Assembly (NCBI GenBank): GCA_947038135.1
Contig: CAMQVM010000001.1
Span: 1 to 39,813 of the forward strand
DNA: 39,813 bases
Source of the DNA: an uncultured Rikenellaceae bacterium
Lineage (GTDB): Bacteria; Bacteroidota; Bacteroidia; Bacteroidales; Rikenellaceae
Direction of reading: 5' to 3'
The translations under genes were made by a program, and so were the position numbers. Positions 1-9,313 of this stretch are shown piece after piece (position 1 is the first letter of the stretch; every line of letters begins with the position of its first letter). The notes beneath the pieces are model-generated. The model was given only the letters and a program-made list of their open reading frames with translations, was not told where the DNA came from and did not search any database.

Positions 1-177
1 GTGGCTAGTTATATACACCTTTTGGGGGTATTGTGGCTAGTTATATACACCTTTTGGGGGTATTGTGGCTAGTTATATACACCTTTTTTTGTATTGTGGT
101 TAGTTATATACACCTTTTTTGGGGTGTTGTGGCTAGTTATATACACCTTTTGGGGAGTTTTTGGCTAATTATCTTCG
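1..177 (+). repeat. Iteron array: five ~32-bp direct repeats (GTGGCTAGTTATATACACCTTTTGGGGGTATT; units 1-32, 33-64, 65-95, 96-128, 129-160) plus a degenerate sixth (161-177)
   Basis: Head-to-tail repeats read directly. They sit next to a rep-like gene, and related units recur at the other window end. Confidence 0.85.
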
Positions 178-228
178 TTTTTTTTGTGGGGAATTTGGTA
201 ATTATATTTATTTGTTGTACTTTTGCTT

Positions 229-314
229 CTCTCACACACCCAGAATTTATTTTGGATATTAATAACGTATAATAGCAATTGATTCATTTGTATATCCAAA
301 GTGTTGTGTGAGAG
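229..314. promoter_or_regulatory. Composite inverted repeat between the iterons and rep; candidate rep operator or origin element
   Basis: Outer arms CTCTCACACA (229-238) / TGTGTGAGAG (305-314). Inner arms TTTGGATAT (251-259) / ATATCCAAA (292-300). Confidence 0.45.
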
Positions 315-372
315 CTATACTATTCAGTAATTATACTTGATGATATTGCTATTTTTATTTTATTAAAATACT

Positions 373-1581
373 ATGAACGAAGTAATCCTATTTGACAAAA
401 ATATTGCCCGCACTATTTCTCATTTTGAAAAACAATATGGTGGGGATTCTGCGCTAATGCGAGATGTGATAATGTACCTCATTGAGAAACGAAAAATATC
501 TCTATTTTCTGAAATAATATTTGATACGACAGAATTCTGCAAAATGTTCAAATATTGCAGAGCTAATCTATTTACAAATAATCCTGATGCGCTTCATATC
601 AAGCACCTAAATAAAAGTAAAGAATATGGTAAATATGAGGAAGAAGCAAAAACAAATAATGCTTATCATATTTATAATTCTTATCTTGACAACGTGCTAT
701 ATATGCTTGTCAACGAACCTTATCGTTTCCCATCAAATTTTTCAACGAAATATTACAATATAGAAGATAAGTCAAAACAAGAGTATGATGTAATTTCTCT
801 TCAGGCAGTACAAATTCTTAGAAGAGTAGATTTTATGACTAATAAATCAGCTAAAGGGCAAACTAAACATTTTTATATGTGCGAGTTCAATGGTGACTTT
901 TATAACACCCTTTTTAAATTTTTCATTCAAATTGATTATAAGCATACGGTGCTCCTCAGAAAACCTAATATGGATATGCTCTACATTAAGTTAGAAGAGC
1001 TTAAAAATACACTGCAATCCCAAGATATATATTCCATAGAAAAAACATTTGATGACATTTGCGATTGGTGTGCTATATCTACAGATGGTTCTATGACACA
1101 GAGGGAAAGAAAAAAGAAAATCAATACTAAGTTTAAAACATTTGAGGCGCTAACACAAATGGGAGTTAGAATTGAGTGGAAGAAAAGAGATAATGAGAAG
1201 TGGTACTATCGCCCTGTACTGCACTTTTCAGCTACCTCTATAAAATCTCACAATGTATCATCAGAATATATGCTATCTGAATTTTTAGATTTGTCCTTGA
1301 GATATTTGAAAACAATAAAATCTATTACTTTAGGGGTATTTTCTAATTTATCTATTGATCAAGGATATTTAGGGTTGTGTAAGTATATTGCAAATGGGTC
1401 AATTTCAGCTCCTATACTTCAATCTCTTTGGATGCAAGCAAGAAATAAAATATATCTAACTCCTCACCCAATGAGTGGAGGAAACGCCAATATTGCTAGT
1501 TCTAAATTAGCAACGATTGGAGAAAGATTATCAGAAGTGAAAGATTTAGACACATTGAAAAAAATAGTTATTAATGGTTGA
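373..1581 (+). CDS. Putative plasmid replication initiator (Rep-like), 402 aa
   Basis: First long ORF downstream of the iteron array and inverted repeat. Size is typical of iteron-type Rep proteins. No catalytic motif recognised by eye, so the call rests on context. Confidence 0.5.
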   Translation: MNEVILFDKNIARTISHFEKQYGGDSALMRDVIMYLIEKRKISLFSEIIFDTTEFCKMFKYCRANLFTNNPDALHIKHLNKSKEYGKYEEEAKTNNAYHIYNSYLDNVLYMLVNEPYRFPSNFSTKYYNIEDKSKQEYDVISLQAVQILRRVDFMTNKSAKGQTKHFYMCEFNGDFYNTLFKFFIQIDYKHTVLLRKPNMDMLYIKLEELKNTLQSQDIYSIEKTFDDICDWCAISTDGSMTQRERKKKINTKFKTFEALTQMGVRIEWKKRDNEKWYYRPVLHFSATSIKSHNVSSEYMLSEFLDLSLRYLKTIKSITLGVFSNLSIDQGYLGLCKYIANGSISAPILQSLWMQARNKIYLTPHPMSGGNANIASSKLATIGERLSEVKDLDTLKKIVING

Positions 1582-1612
1582 TACCTGTACTGTTATTTAA
1601 AATTCAAAAATA

Positions 1613-1635
1613 TATAAAGAGTCACTAAAGCGAGG
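1613..1635 (+). promoter_or_regulatory. Dispersed motif copy A (TATAAAGAGTCACTAAAGCGAGG), T3/T7-promoter-like; about 50 bp upstream of the lipoprotein-1 start
   Basis: 16/23 identity to the T3 promoter AATTAACCCTCACTAAAGGGAGA, including the full TCACTAAAG core. The predicted +1 would be G at 1630. Confidence 0.4.
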
Positions 1636-1687
1636 GTAGCTCGGTAGTAAAAACTATGCTATTTTGATAGTAAATTAAGCTAAAAAT

Positions 1688-4600
1688 ATGAGTAAAATTA
1701 GATATATATGTATGTTATTGGTTTTTATATTCTCTTCGTGTGAGGAGAATATGGAAGTGCCTAATATTCCCAATAAGCTTACAGCTAAGTTGAGTGAGTT
1801 GCCTAGTGAAGTAGTAGTAGGCAATAGCTATAATGTAAAGCTAGTTGCTACCTCTTCTGAAATTGTGTCTATCAAAGGAGGGTTTATTTTTGCTGGTGGT
1901 ACATCATCTATTGATGGTAAAGATATACCACTGGAGGAGTGGTTGCCACTTTCGAGCAACTCTGCTACTATCAGCATCAAATGTGTTAAGCAAGGGTTGC
2001 AAACTTTACTCTTTCAGTTGAAAGATGGTAAAGGGCAGTTATTCACCATAGAGCAAAAGATAACTGCCAAACCTACATCATATAGTGCTCAAATTGAGCC
2101 TCTGAAAACAGAGGTGACAAGTATAGATATACCTATTCCATTTGTCGTTACAATTGATAATAACTCTCCTAGAGATAGTTATAATATAACATCAAGCTCA
2201 CATGAGTTATCAGAAGATGTTGTGAGTGGTGATACTGTTTATATCAAGATGCCCGATTTTGGAATGAATACAATTATATGCGAAGTTACAGATGAATATG
2301 GTAGTACAGCTCAGGTAGTTGCTCGTGTTAAGATTTCTCAACTCAACCAAGATGATATTATAAAAGCTGACCTAAGCACTATCAAGGATTATAACAAAGA
2401 ATACCCTATATCTCTGTTATTTAAGGATATAAATACACCTAATGTGCATTGGTGTTACCAAAGCGATACTCCTATTGTGCTAACTTTGAAAGATGGTACA
2501 GCAATAGAGCCATCAACACCAGTACTGCTTGATAGTACAGTAGTAGATATGCTCGTAAATGTTGTGGCAACTGAAAATTTATCAAATGCCAGTACTGGTA
2601 ACATATCTATTCAACTAGATATCGTGGGCGAATTGATAACAAAAAACTTTGAATATTCTATTAGCAAAAATACACTAAGCTTTGAATTTCCAACAAAGTT
2701 AGATTTTCAGTACAATGAATATTCAGAGCTCTCAACACCATTTGAATTTACATCGCTTAGTTCTCGAAGTTCTGATTTAACAATGAAAATTGATTATGAT
2801 AACACTTTTGGCACACTCTACTATAAAGATATAGCCATTGTTGATGGTAGCTCTATTGCTCTTGACACTCTTGTTCAATCATTATCATATAAGGCAAAAA
2901 AGGAGGGTGAAACAAATTTATCTGTTGTGTTATCAGACCACAACAAACAAGCAATATCAAGTAATGCTAATATTAGCATTGAAACTAAAGAGATGCTGTT
3001 AACACTATCACCTGCACTAAATACCACCTATTACAACAACGAATTAATAGATATTAACCTATTTCTTGTTGATGGCAATTTAGACACACCCTCTCAAATA
3101 TGCACCCTCTCTAGTTCTGCAAGTGGTGAGCTGTATATCAATGGCGTTAAGCAGGTAGATAATAGCTTTTATATCGAGCCAAATAAACAAAGCATAGTAC
3201 AATTTAAACCAATTAGTTACGGTGCTTATAACATCAATTTTAAAGTTGAAGATTGGCGAGGGGCAACAGCCGTAAGCCATCATTTCAATGTGCCTTGTAA
3301 ATTAGCTCTAACAGTTGATGGCAAAGGCTACGCAACTTGGAATAGTGGTAACGGCACAGTGTACCAACAAGGTGATAAAACCACCTTATCTGCTCGTGAT
3401 GGTGTGGGTAGCTTCAATGGCTGGTATGATGAAAATGGCACTCTTTTATCTTCTGCAAGAAGCTATGAGGTTAATTTTACAACAGATAAGGATATTACAG
3501 CTAAGTTTGTCGGTAAAAATGTTGTATTGGAAATATTCAAGCAGTCAGATAGTGATGTTATCACAGGTGATGGCAATTATATCGCTGGTGACAATGTAAC
3601 AATATCGGCACACTCTAATAGTTCATTACGCTTATTTTCACATTGGGAAGATGCCTACACATTTGAAATTTTGTCTAACAAAGCTACTTATAACTTTGTT
3701 ATGCCCTCTTTTGATTTATCGCTCAGAGCTGTTTTTTCAGAGCAAGCAGATATGGTGCGTATAGAGGTTGATTATGATGGCACTCTTGGAACTGTGCAGG
3801 GTGAGGGGTTAGTCCAGCGAGGAGTAACAACACAAGTAAGCGCTATTGCTTCTAATAATGCAGAGTTTAAAGGGTGGTTTGATAGCTCAAATAGACTAGT
3901 TAGTAATAATAACCTATATCAATTTACCCCTACCTCTGACATGAGGTTAACAGCTAAATTTGAAAAACCTGAATACACACTAAAATTACAGCACAAATAT
4001 TTTTACGATACAAATTTTCACACGGAAACAGAACAGCTGTCGGAAGAAAATACAACGGTGCAAAAAGGCGATATTATAACGCTTAACACAAATATACTAA
4101 ATGCTAAAAAATATGAGTTTGTTGGCTTTTATGAAAGAGGAAAACTCATATCAACCGACGCTAATTTTAAAAGAATCATCAAAGATGAATATGCTGTAAT
4201 TAATATCGAAGCTAGATATATTTATCAAATGATAGATATAACTCTAAATGCTTATGGGGGCTTAGGAGTAGAGCTAATTTTAGAACTTGTATCTACTGAT
4301 TATCCATCAACAGTACAGGGCGAAGTACCTAAACGTATTATTGCAAATAAAGAGATAACCTTTAGAACAAAATACGGCACAAAATATAAGATGTTAGGCA
4401 ATGAAGCAACTGGCTCTAGGTGGGATAGAATTTATATTATATTAAGGGGTGATAGAACATACTTAAATCCAAATGGCAATATTCCTGAATATGAGTGGCT
4501 GGGCACCGGCGGAAACTATTATATAAACGACGATGAAAATAGCTTTGATATGCGTTTTATTGAAGATACGTATGTGAAAATTGATGCAGAAACTATATCT

Positions 4601-4834
4601 TATAGAGCAAGTTTAACGCAACACGTAGGTTATGAAATAGCAAGAGTTATTACTGGTGGTGATTTAAGCCATGGGCAAATAAAAACATTTGAAGCTGTAG
4701 TTTATGATGAAAGTTATGAGTTTATACATCACTATGACATTGGCAAAAACAAAATTATTATTGAGCCAAAATATTCTGTAATGATGCTTGGTGACGTTCA
4801 AATTGAAACTATATTTAGAAAAAAAACATTATAG
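1688..4834 (+). CDS. Giant surface lipoprotein 1 (1048 aa): Ig-like repeats, about 4 divergent InlB-B-repeat (Listeria-Bacteroides repeat-like) domains, and a C-terminal domain
   Basis: Lipobox-type signal (LVFIFSSC) followed by acidic CEEN, as in the Bacteroidetes surface-export signal. Repeated ~70-aa units of the form G.V.G.G.Y..G..V..SA....F.GW........Y.F......L.AKF. Confidence 0.8.
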   Translation: MSKIRYICMLLVFIFSSCEENMEVPNIPNKLTAKLSELPSEVVVGNSYNVKLVATSSEIVSIKGGFIFAGGTSSIDGKDIPLEEWLPLSSNSATISIKCVKQGLQTLLFQLKDGKGQLFTIEQKITAKPTSYSAQIEPLKTEVTSIDIPIPFVVTIDNNSPRDSYNITSSSHELSEDVVSGDTVYIKMPDFGMNTIICEVTDEYGSTAQVVARVKISQLNQDDIIKADLSTIKDYNKEYPISLLFKDINTPNVHWCYQSDTPIVLTLKDGTAIEPSTPVLLDSTVVDMLVNVVATENLSNASTGNISIQLDIVGELITKNFEYSISKNTLSFEFPTKLDFQYNEYSELSTPFEFTSLSSRSSDLTMKIDYDNTFGTLYYKDIAIVDGSSIALDTLVQSLSYKAKKEGETNLSVVLSDHNKQAISSNANISIETKEMLLTLSPALNTTYYNNELIDINLFLVDGNLDTPSQICTLSSSASGELYINGVKQVDNSFYIEPNKQSIVQFKPISYGAYNINFKVEDWRGATAVSHHFNVPCKLALTVDGKGYATWNSGNGTVYQQGDKTTLSARDGVGSFNGWYDENGTLLSSARSYEVNFTTDKDITAKFVGKNVVLEIFKQSDSDVITGDGNYIAGDNVTISAHSNSSLRLFSHWEDAYTFEILSNKATYNFVMPSFDLSLRAVFSEQADMVRIEVDYDGTLGTVQGEGLVQRGVTTQVSAIASNNAEFKGWFDSSNRLVSNNNLYQFTPTSDMRLTAKFEKPEYTLKLQHKYFYDTNFHTETEQLSEENTTVQKGDIITLNTNILNAKKYEFVGFYERGKLISTDANFKRIIKDEYAVINIEARYIYQMIDITLNAYGGLGVELILELVSTDYPSTVQGEVPKRIIANKEITFRTKYGTKYKMLGNEATGSRWDRIYIILRGDRTYLNPNGNIPEYEWLGTGGNYYINDDENSFDMRFIEDTYVKIDAETISYRASLTQHVGYEIARVITGGDLSHGQIKTFEAVVYDESYEFIHHYDIGKNKIIIEPKYSVMMLGDVQIETIFRKKTL

Positions 4835-4922
4835 AGATGAAAAATCACACGCAAAATATCGCCGAAAAATCGTCCCGATTTTTTTCAACAACTATGTTGT
4901 TAAGTACGTATGTACTAGCACC

Positions 4923-4979
<57 letters not shown>

Positions 4980-4981
4980 AC

Positions 4982-5008
4982 AAAATATTTGACAATTGCA
5001 AATATTTT
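4982..5008. promoter_or_regulatory. Palindrome AAAATATTTG-N7-CAAATATTTT, operator-like
   Basis: 10-bp perfect inverted arms immediately after the microsatellite. Confidence 0.3.
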
Positions 5009-5041
5009 GTAGTTTATTTTACTAATTTTTACATTTTTTTC

Positions 5042-5085
5042 GCACCGCTAAGGTTGTTTGCAAAAACAGCCTTAGCGGTGCTTTT
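5042..5085 (+). terminator. Intrinsic-terminator-like hairpin 1
   Basis: 12-bp stem GCACCGCTAAGG / CCTTAGCGGTGC followed by TTTT. Confidence 0.6.
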
Positions 5086-5109
5086 ACATTTTACACCAAA
5101 TCATTTTTT

Positions 5110-5155
5110 GCACAACCGAGGATATTTTAATCGATAGCCTCTGTTGTGCTTTTTT
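5110..5155 (+). terminator. Intrinsic-terminator-like hairpin 2
   Basis: 12-bp stem GCACAACCGAGG / CCTCTGTTGTGC (one mismatch) followed by TTTTTT. It ends only about 22 bp before the lipoprotein-2 ATG. Confidence 0.55.
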
Positions 5156-5177
5156 ATTTATTTAATTATTTTATTTT

Positions 5178-8100
5178 ATGAAAAAGCTTTTATTATTTTT
5201 ATCAATTTTCACATTAATGAGTTGTGAAAGAGAAAATCTGTTCCTTTTTGAGAACTTCACCCCTGAGCTCGTCTACAATGGCATTGCCGTGGAACAAGGC
5301 GACACCACCTATTATTCCAGTTATACTGGCAAAGAGTTAGAGATTAGAATTAATCTCAATAACACTGCATCAAAAGAAAATTCCGAAATTTACAACATCT
5401 CTGTAATTAATAGAGAGGGTGTGCAATCTTCTATGAAGTTTAAAAATACAGATTTTGAAGTTGCATATAAAGAGGTATTTGGCTATGAGTCCATAACAGC
5501 AGATGATTTTTTAACTTTTGTTCTAAAACCACTTGAAGAAGGTGAGTTCACCTATGATTTTGAAATTTCTAACTCTGTTGGAAAGCAAGTTATCAAGGCT
5601 AAATTCTCTATAGTAACACCTATCTATGACATAGATTTAGGCGAGTTGCTAGATGTTGATAGTTTGGATTTGGAGCGCCCTAAATCCTTTGATTTGAGGA
5701 TTACAGACCCTTTGTCAAAAACAAAATCATCGCAGAAGATAAAAGCTAGTTATCGCTTTATTAATGGTGGCGGTAACTTTATCAATGCTGCAACTAATGA
5801 AGAGGTTACCGAGCTTACCGAGGGTATTAACAAAATTTCTGTTAACACCTCTAGTTTTGGCGCAAATGATATTGAGTTGACAATTACAGATAGCCAAGGA
5901 AGAGAGCAAAAAGAGGTTATTAGGTTGAAAAGCAAGAAACCCGAATTTGCAGTTATCGGCAAGAATATTAAGAGCACTATAATTAATGGTACAGATGCCA
6001 CAATTCAAGTTGATATTGATAATTTCATTCATCCAACTAATAACAGCTTTAACCTTACCTATGCTATAATAGATGTAGCCACTAGAGGTGAAATTGCAGA
6101 CACGACAATTTTGTCAACGCGTAAGGTAAAAGCTAATGCTATAAGTGGCATTATTACAGATACTTTAAGTGTACCAATTGAAAAAATAGGAAACCAAGAA
6201 ATTCATGTGTTTGGCACTGATAAATTTGGCTCAACCAAAAATGATCTCGTTAGAGTTAACGCCATAGATAGCGAGCTAACTATATCAGATGCAAAAGAGC
6301 TAACAGGTGCTGTTAATACTGCTATACCTTTTGTTATTGAGGTTGAGAGTAGCAATGGAGAAAGCTCTGATATAAAAAAAATCAACATCAAATTCAGCTC
6401 ATCGCAAGAAAATGCAGGTGTTGTAAAATTGAAAGATGATGTTATTACTTCTATCGACATAAAAGTAAACACTACCAATGAGTTTACCTACCTACCAAAG
6501 GTAGCAGGAAAATCAACACTTACAGCTATTGTAACATCATATATCAAAGAAGAGATATATGAGGTAAGAGAGTTAGTTTTTCCTATCAATACTACTCTTG
6601 GAGCAATTGAATTAGTTGAAACAGGTATAGAAGAAGGTGCTATTCATGAACTTAACAACCCAATAAACTTTACTCATGTATTAACAGAGATAGGTTACAC
6701 AGGTGATTTCAAAGTTCAATTTAACAGAATTGCAGGCAAGGGCACACTATCTACACCTACTATCAATGATATTGCTCACGCTACTACAATTGATATCGCA
6801 AGTGGCGTTAATACCAATTACACCTATCTGCCTACTACCGCTGGTAAGCATGAATTACATTTTATCATCACAGATAGCAATTTGCAAACTATTACACACA
6901 AAATCACTTTTGTTGTAACAGATAGCGATATAGAGGTAATAACAACAGATAGAGCGACACCGACAAAAGGCAAAACCAGCAGCTGGTTTTTAACTTTTTC
7001 AAAAGAGCACTACCAAGCTAGCAACTTCAATGTTGTGATGTCGCAAACAGTTGGCACTGGTGAATTTAAATTTGGCTCAAAAACAATATCTGCAAATGCT
7101 ACTTTTGATGTACAAAAAGATATTGCCTTTGCCTTTAGCTATACTCCATCTAGCCATGGCGATCACACTATTACGCTCAATATCCAAGCACAAAATAGCT
7201 CTACAATCACACCTTACATAATTACCTTTAATGTGCCTGTTGTACTAGCTGGAGAAGTTGATTTATTTGGCACAGCAGAGCTTCAAGGCTATGGACTTTA
7301 TAATGTAGGCACAGCAGTTACACTGTCATCAACTCCAGCAGTAGGCTATTCAATTGCAAGTATTAGCACCAAAAATAGCACTGGAGAGTTAACGCAAGTT
7401 GTTGGGGCTGGTGAAAAATCGCAAGTCGTTGAATATAAACTCGAAGCATTAGATGATTTAAATTTTGTTACGAAAACAAAAATAAATGATTATGCAATAG
7501 ATGTAAATGCTAACCCTATTGAGGGTGGCACTGTTACAGGTGGCGGTATCTATCCCTATAACACTGCTATCAATATATCATCTACACCTGCTAGAGGATG
7601 GTTGTTTAAGGGCTTATTTGATGGCACACACAAACTGTCAGATGCAGCACTATATAACTACACAATTCCTGCAAGCGATAAATCATTAGTTGCGAATTTT
7701 GAGAAGCAAAAACACCAAGTTAGCTTTATTAGCAATAATGTAGCCTTTGGTACTGTTATAGGTGGCGGAATCTACGAATATGGTGCTACTGTTAACCTTG
7801 TTGCAACGGCTACTTTAAATTATCGTTGCACTGGTATATGGGAGGGCGACACACAGGTTAGTGAAGATAATACATATACATTCACAGCAGGTGAAACACC
7901 AAGAAGTTTCAGAGCAGTTTTTGGACCAGTGCAACATACTGTTACTATTACACAGAGTGGCGATGGTGATTTTACACCACTTACAGGAAGTGTTGTTAAT
8001 CATGGCGAAGACCTCCTATTAATGTTAGTATCACACAATAAGATTTCAACTAATTTTGATGGGTGGTATATTAATAATGAATTAATATCACTTGATAATG

Positions 8101-8633
8101 CTTACCGATACAAAGTAACATCAACTATAACTATTGAGGCACGTGCAACTTTAAAACAATATTCAATTGGTATTAATAATCGTTATTTAACCTATAAATG
8201 GGGTGAGCAAGTAAATTTATCTCATGGGCAGGATTTCCCAAGTGATATACCTACTAATAGATTTATTAAGTGGCTGAAAAACAGCGAGGAGTTCAGCACT
8301 CAACGAAATATATCCTTTCTTGCGCAAGAGCAAGGAACAGAGCTATTAAATGGATCTTTATTGGCACCAAAAACAGAATTTGTAGCTGAAGTAGCTGAAA
8401 TCTATATATCACATGTAGATGCAAGCGGTTACTATGTCCTTGCAATCGGGAAGCCTGTATCAGTTCATGTTCATGCAAAAATGAGGTTTCCTACACAGGT
8501 CAATAATGGCAGTCTAGTCCAATGGCTTGAACACGCCTACACAATTCCAGCTGGAAAAACATCGGTTCGAGTTTCGAAAAGGATAGGAGATTTAAGATGT
8601 ACATTTATTTCTACTAATATTACCAACCCTTAA
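5178..8633 (+). CDS. Giant surface lipoprotein 2 (1151 aa): Ig-like repeats, about 4-5 divergent InlB-B-repeat domains, and a C-terminal domain
   Basis: Signal peptide with lipobox (FTLMSC) followed by CERE. Same architecture as lipoprotein 1, for example GGTVTGGGIYPYNTAINISSTPARGWLFKGLFDG...LVANF. Confidence 0.8.
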   Translation: MKKLLLFLSIFTLMSCERENLFLFENFTPELVYNGIAVEQGDTTYYSSYTGKELEIRINLNNTASKENSEIYNISVINREGVQSSMKFKNTDFEVAYKEVFGYESITADDFLTFVLKPLEEGEFTYDFEISNSVGKQVIKAKFSIVTPIYDIDLGELLDVDSLDLERPKSFDLRITDPLSKTKSSQKIKASYRFINGGGNFINAATNEEVTELTEGINKISVNTSSFGANDIELTITDSQGREQKEVIRLKSKKPEFAVIGKNIKSTIINGTDATIQVDIDNFIHPTNNSFNLTYAIIDVATRGEIADTTILSTRKVKANAISGIITDTLSVPIEKIGNQEIHVFGTDKFGSTKNDLVRVNAIDSELTISDAKELTGAVNTAIPFVIEVESSNGESSDIKKINIKFSSSQENAGVVKLKDDVITSIDIKVNTTNEFTYLPKVAGKSTLTAIVTSYIKEEIYEVRELVFPINTTLGAIELVETGIEEGAIHELNNPINFTHVLTEIGYTGDFKVQFNRIAGKGTLSTPTINDIAHATTIDIASGVNTNYTYLPTTAGKHELHFIITDSNLQTITHKITFVVTDSDIEVITTDRATPTKGKTSSWFLTFSKEHYQASNFNVVMSQTVGTGEFKFGSKTISANATFDVQKDIAFAFSYTPSSHGDHTITLNIQAQNSSTITPYIITFNVPVVLAGEVDLFGTAELQGYGLYNVGTAVTLSSTPAVGYSIASISTKNSTGELTQVVGAGEKSQVVEYKLEALDDLNFVTKTKINDYAIDVNANPIEGGTVTGGGIYPYNTAINISSTPARGWLFKGLFDGTHKLSDAALYNYTIPASDKSLVANFEKQKHQVSFISNNVAFGTVIGGGIYEYGATVNLVATATLNYRCTGIWEGDTQVSEDNTYTFTAGETPRSFRAVFGPVQHTVTITQSGDGDFTPLTGSVVNHGEDLLLMLVSHNKISTNFDGWYINNELISLDNAYRYKVTSTITIEARATLKQYSIGINNRYLTYKWGEQVNLSHGQDFPSDIPTNRFIKWLKNSEEFSTQRNISFLAQEQGTELLNGSLLAPKTEFVAEVAEIYISHVDASGYYVLAIGKPVSVHVHAKMRFPTQVNNGSLVQWLEHAYTIPAGKTSVRVSKRIGDLRCTFISTNITNP

Positions 8634-8649
8634 TTTCATAGGTTTCACC

Positions 8650-8677
8650 ACTCCTCTTGTTATACCACAAGAGGAGT
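8650..8677 (+). terminator. Hairpin after lipoprotein 2
   Basis: 11-bp stem ACTCCTCTTGT / ACAAGAGGAGT with a 6-nt loop. No strong T-tract follows. Confidence 0.4.
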
Positions 8678-8705
8678 AACTTAAAAATCACATAAAAACA
8701 ATTTC

Positions 8706-9248
8706 ATGAAAAAAATATTCTTATTACTGCTCCTAACAACAGGAGCAAACACATTATTAATAGCCCAAAAAAGGGTAAGCAATGGATTTATATTAGATGT
8801 AGCTAGTGGTATATCTTACACTGACAACATTGGCTCTGCTAGCACTATTGGGGTAGAGAAGATATTTAAAAATGCTTTGCACTCAATACAGATAGATATG
8901 TTATATGTCAATCAAAATTTTAATACACCTTATGATAATGTTAAGGTGAAATCTCAGAGTATTGAACTAGTTGCATATTATAGCTATAATGTATATAGCA
9001 ATAGATATCTCACCGCCAATCTTAATATTGGTGGTTTTGTAGGATATCGCTTTAATCACTCACCAAACCAAGGATATTATTTACAAAAGACAGATTACCT
9101 ATCTAGTGGAGTAGCCATTGCTGCACAGGTGAACTTTCCAATCAATAATAAACTAGGGGTGTTTATTGAGCCTACTGCAATGTATAATTTTTCAATCGCT
9201 GAAAAGATGAGGTTTTCAACCCAGCTCGGAATAAGGGTTAAACTTTAA
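8706..9248 (+). CDS. Small outer-membrane beta-barrel protein (porin/OmpA-like barrel family), 180 aa
   Basis: Signal peptide ending LLIAQ. Alternating hydrophobic beta-strand pattern with aromatic-rich strands. Size fits an 8-stranded barrel. Confidence 0.6.
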   Translation: MKKIFLLLLLTTGANTLLIAQKRVSNGFILDVASGISYTDNIGSASTIGVEKIFKNALHSIQIDMLYVNQNFNTPYDNVKVKSQSIELVAYYSYNVYSNRYLTANLNIGGFVGYRFNHSPNQGYYLQKTDYLSSGVAIAAQVNFPINNKLGVFIEPTAMYNFSIAEKMRFSTQLGIRVKL

Positions 9249-9271
9249 TATAAAGAGTCACTAAAGCGAAA
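9249..9271 (+). promoter_or_regulatory. Dispersed motif copy B (TATAAAGAGTCACTAAAGCGAAA); about 40 bp upstream of the coupling-protein gene
   Basis: Identical to copy A through position +4. It starts directly after the stop codon of the barrel gene. Confidence 0.4.
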
Positions 9272-9313
9272 CACAAACAAGTAAATCATTTTAATTACAA
9301 GTAAATATTTATT

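Noticed and set aside
1-177. Possibility that the 32-bp direct repeats, or the 26134-26420 repeats, form a CRISPR array
   Set aside because: The repeats are contiguous with no unique spacers, there are no cas genes, and the location next to rep fits iterons.
33-272. 79-aa ORF with a repetitive MASYIHLLGVLW... translation
   Set aside because: It is simply the translation of the iteron repeats. The repetitive peptide mirrors the DNA repeats and there is no independent coding signal.
1629-1650. GCGAGGGTAGCTCGGTAGT after motif copy A resembles the acceptor and D-arm of a tRNA 5' half
   Set aside because: No anticodon arm, T-arm or 3' acceptor strand follows. The other motif copies diverge at exactly these positions, so there is no tRNA gene or clear tRNA-derived att site.
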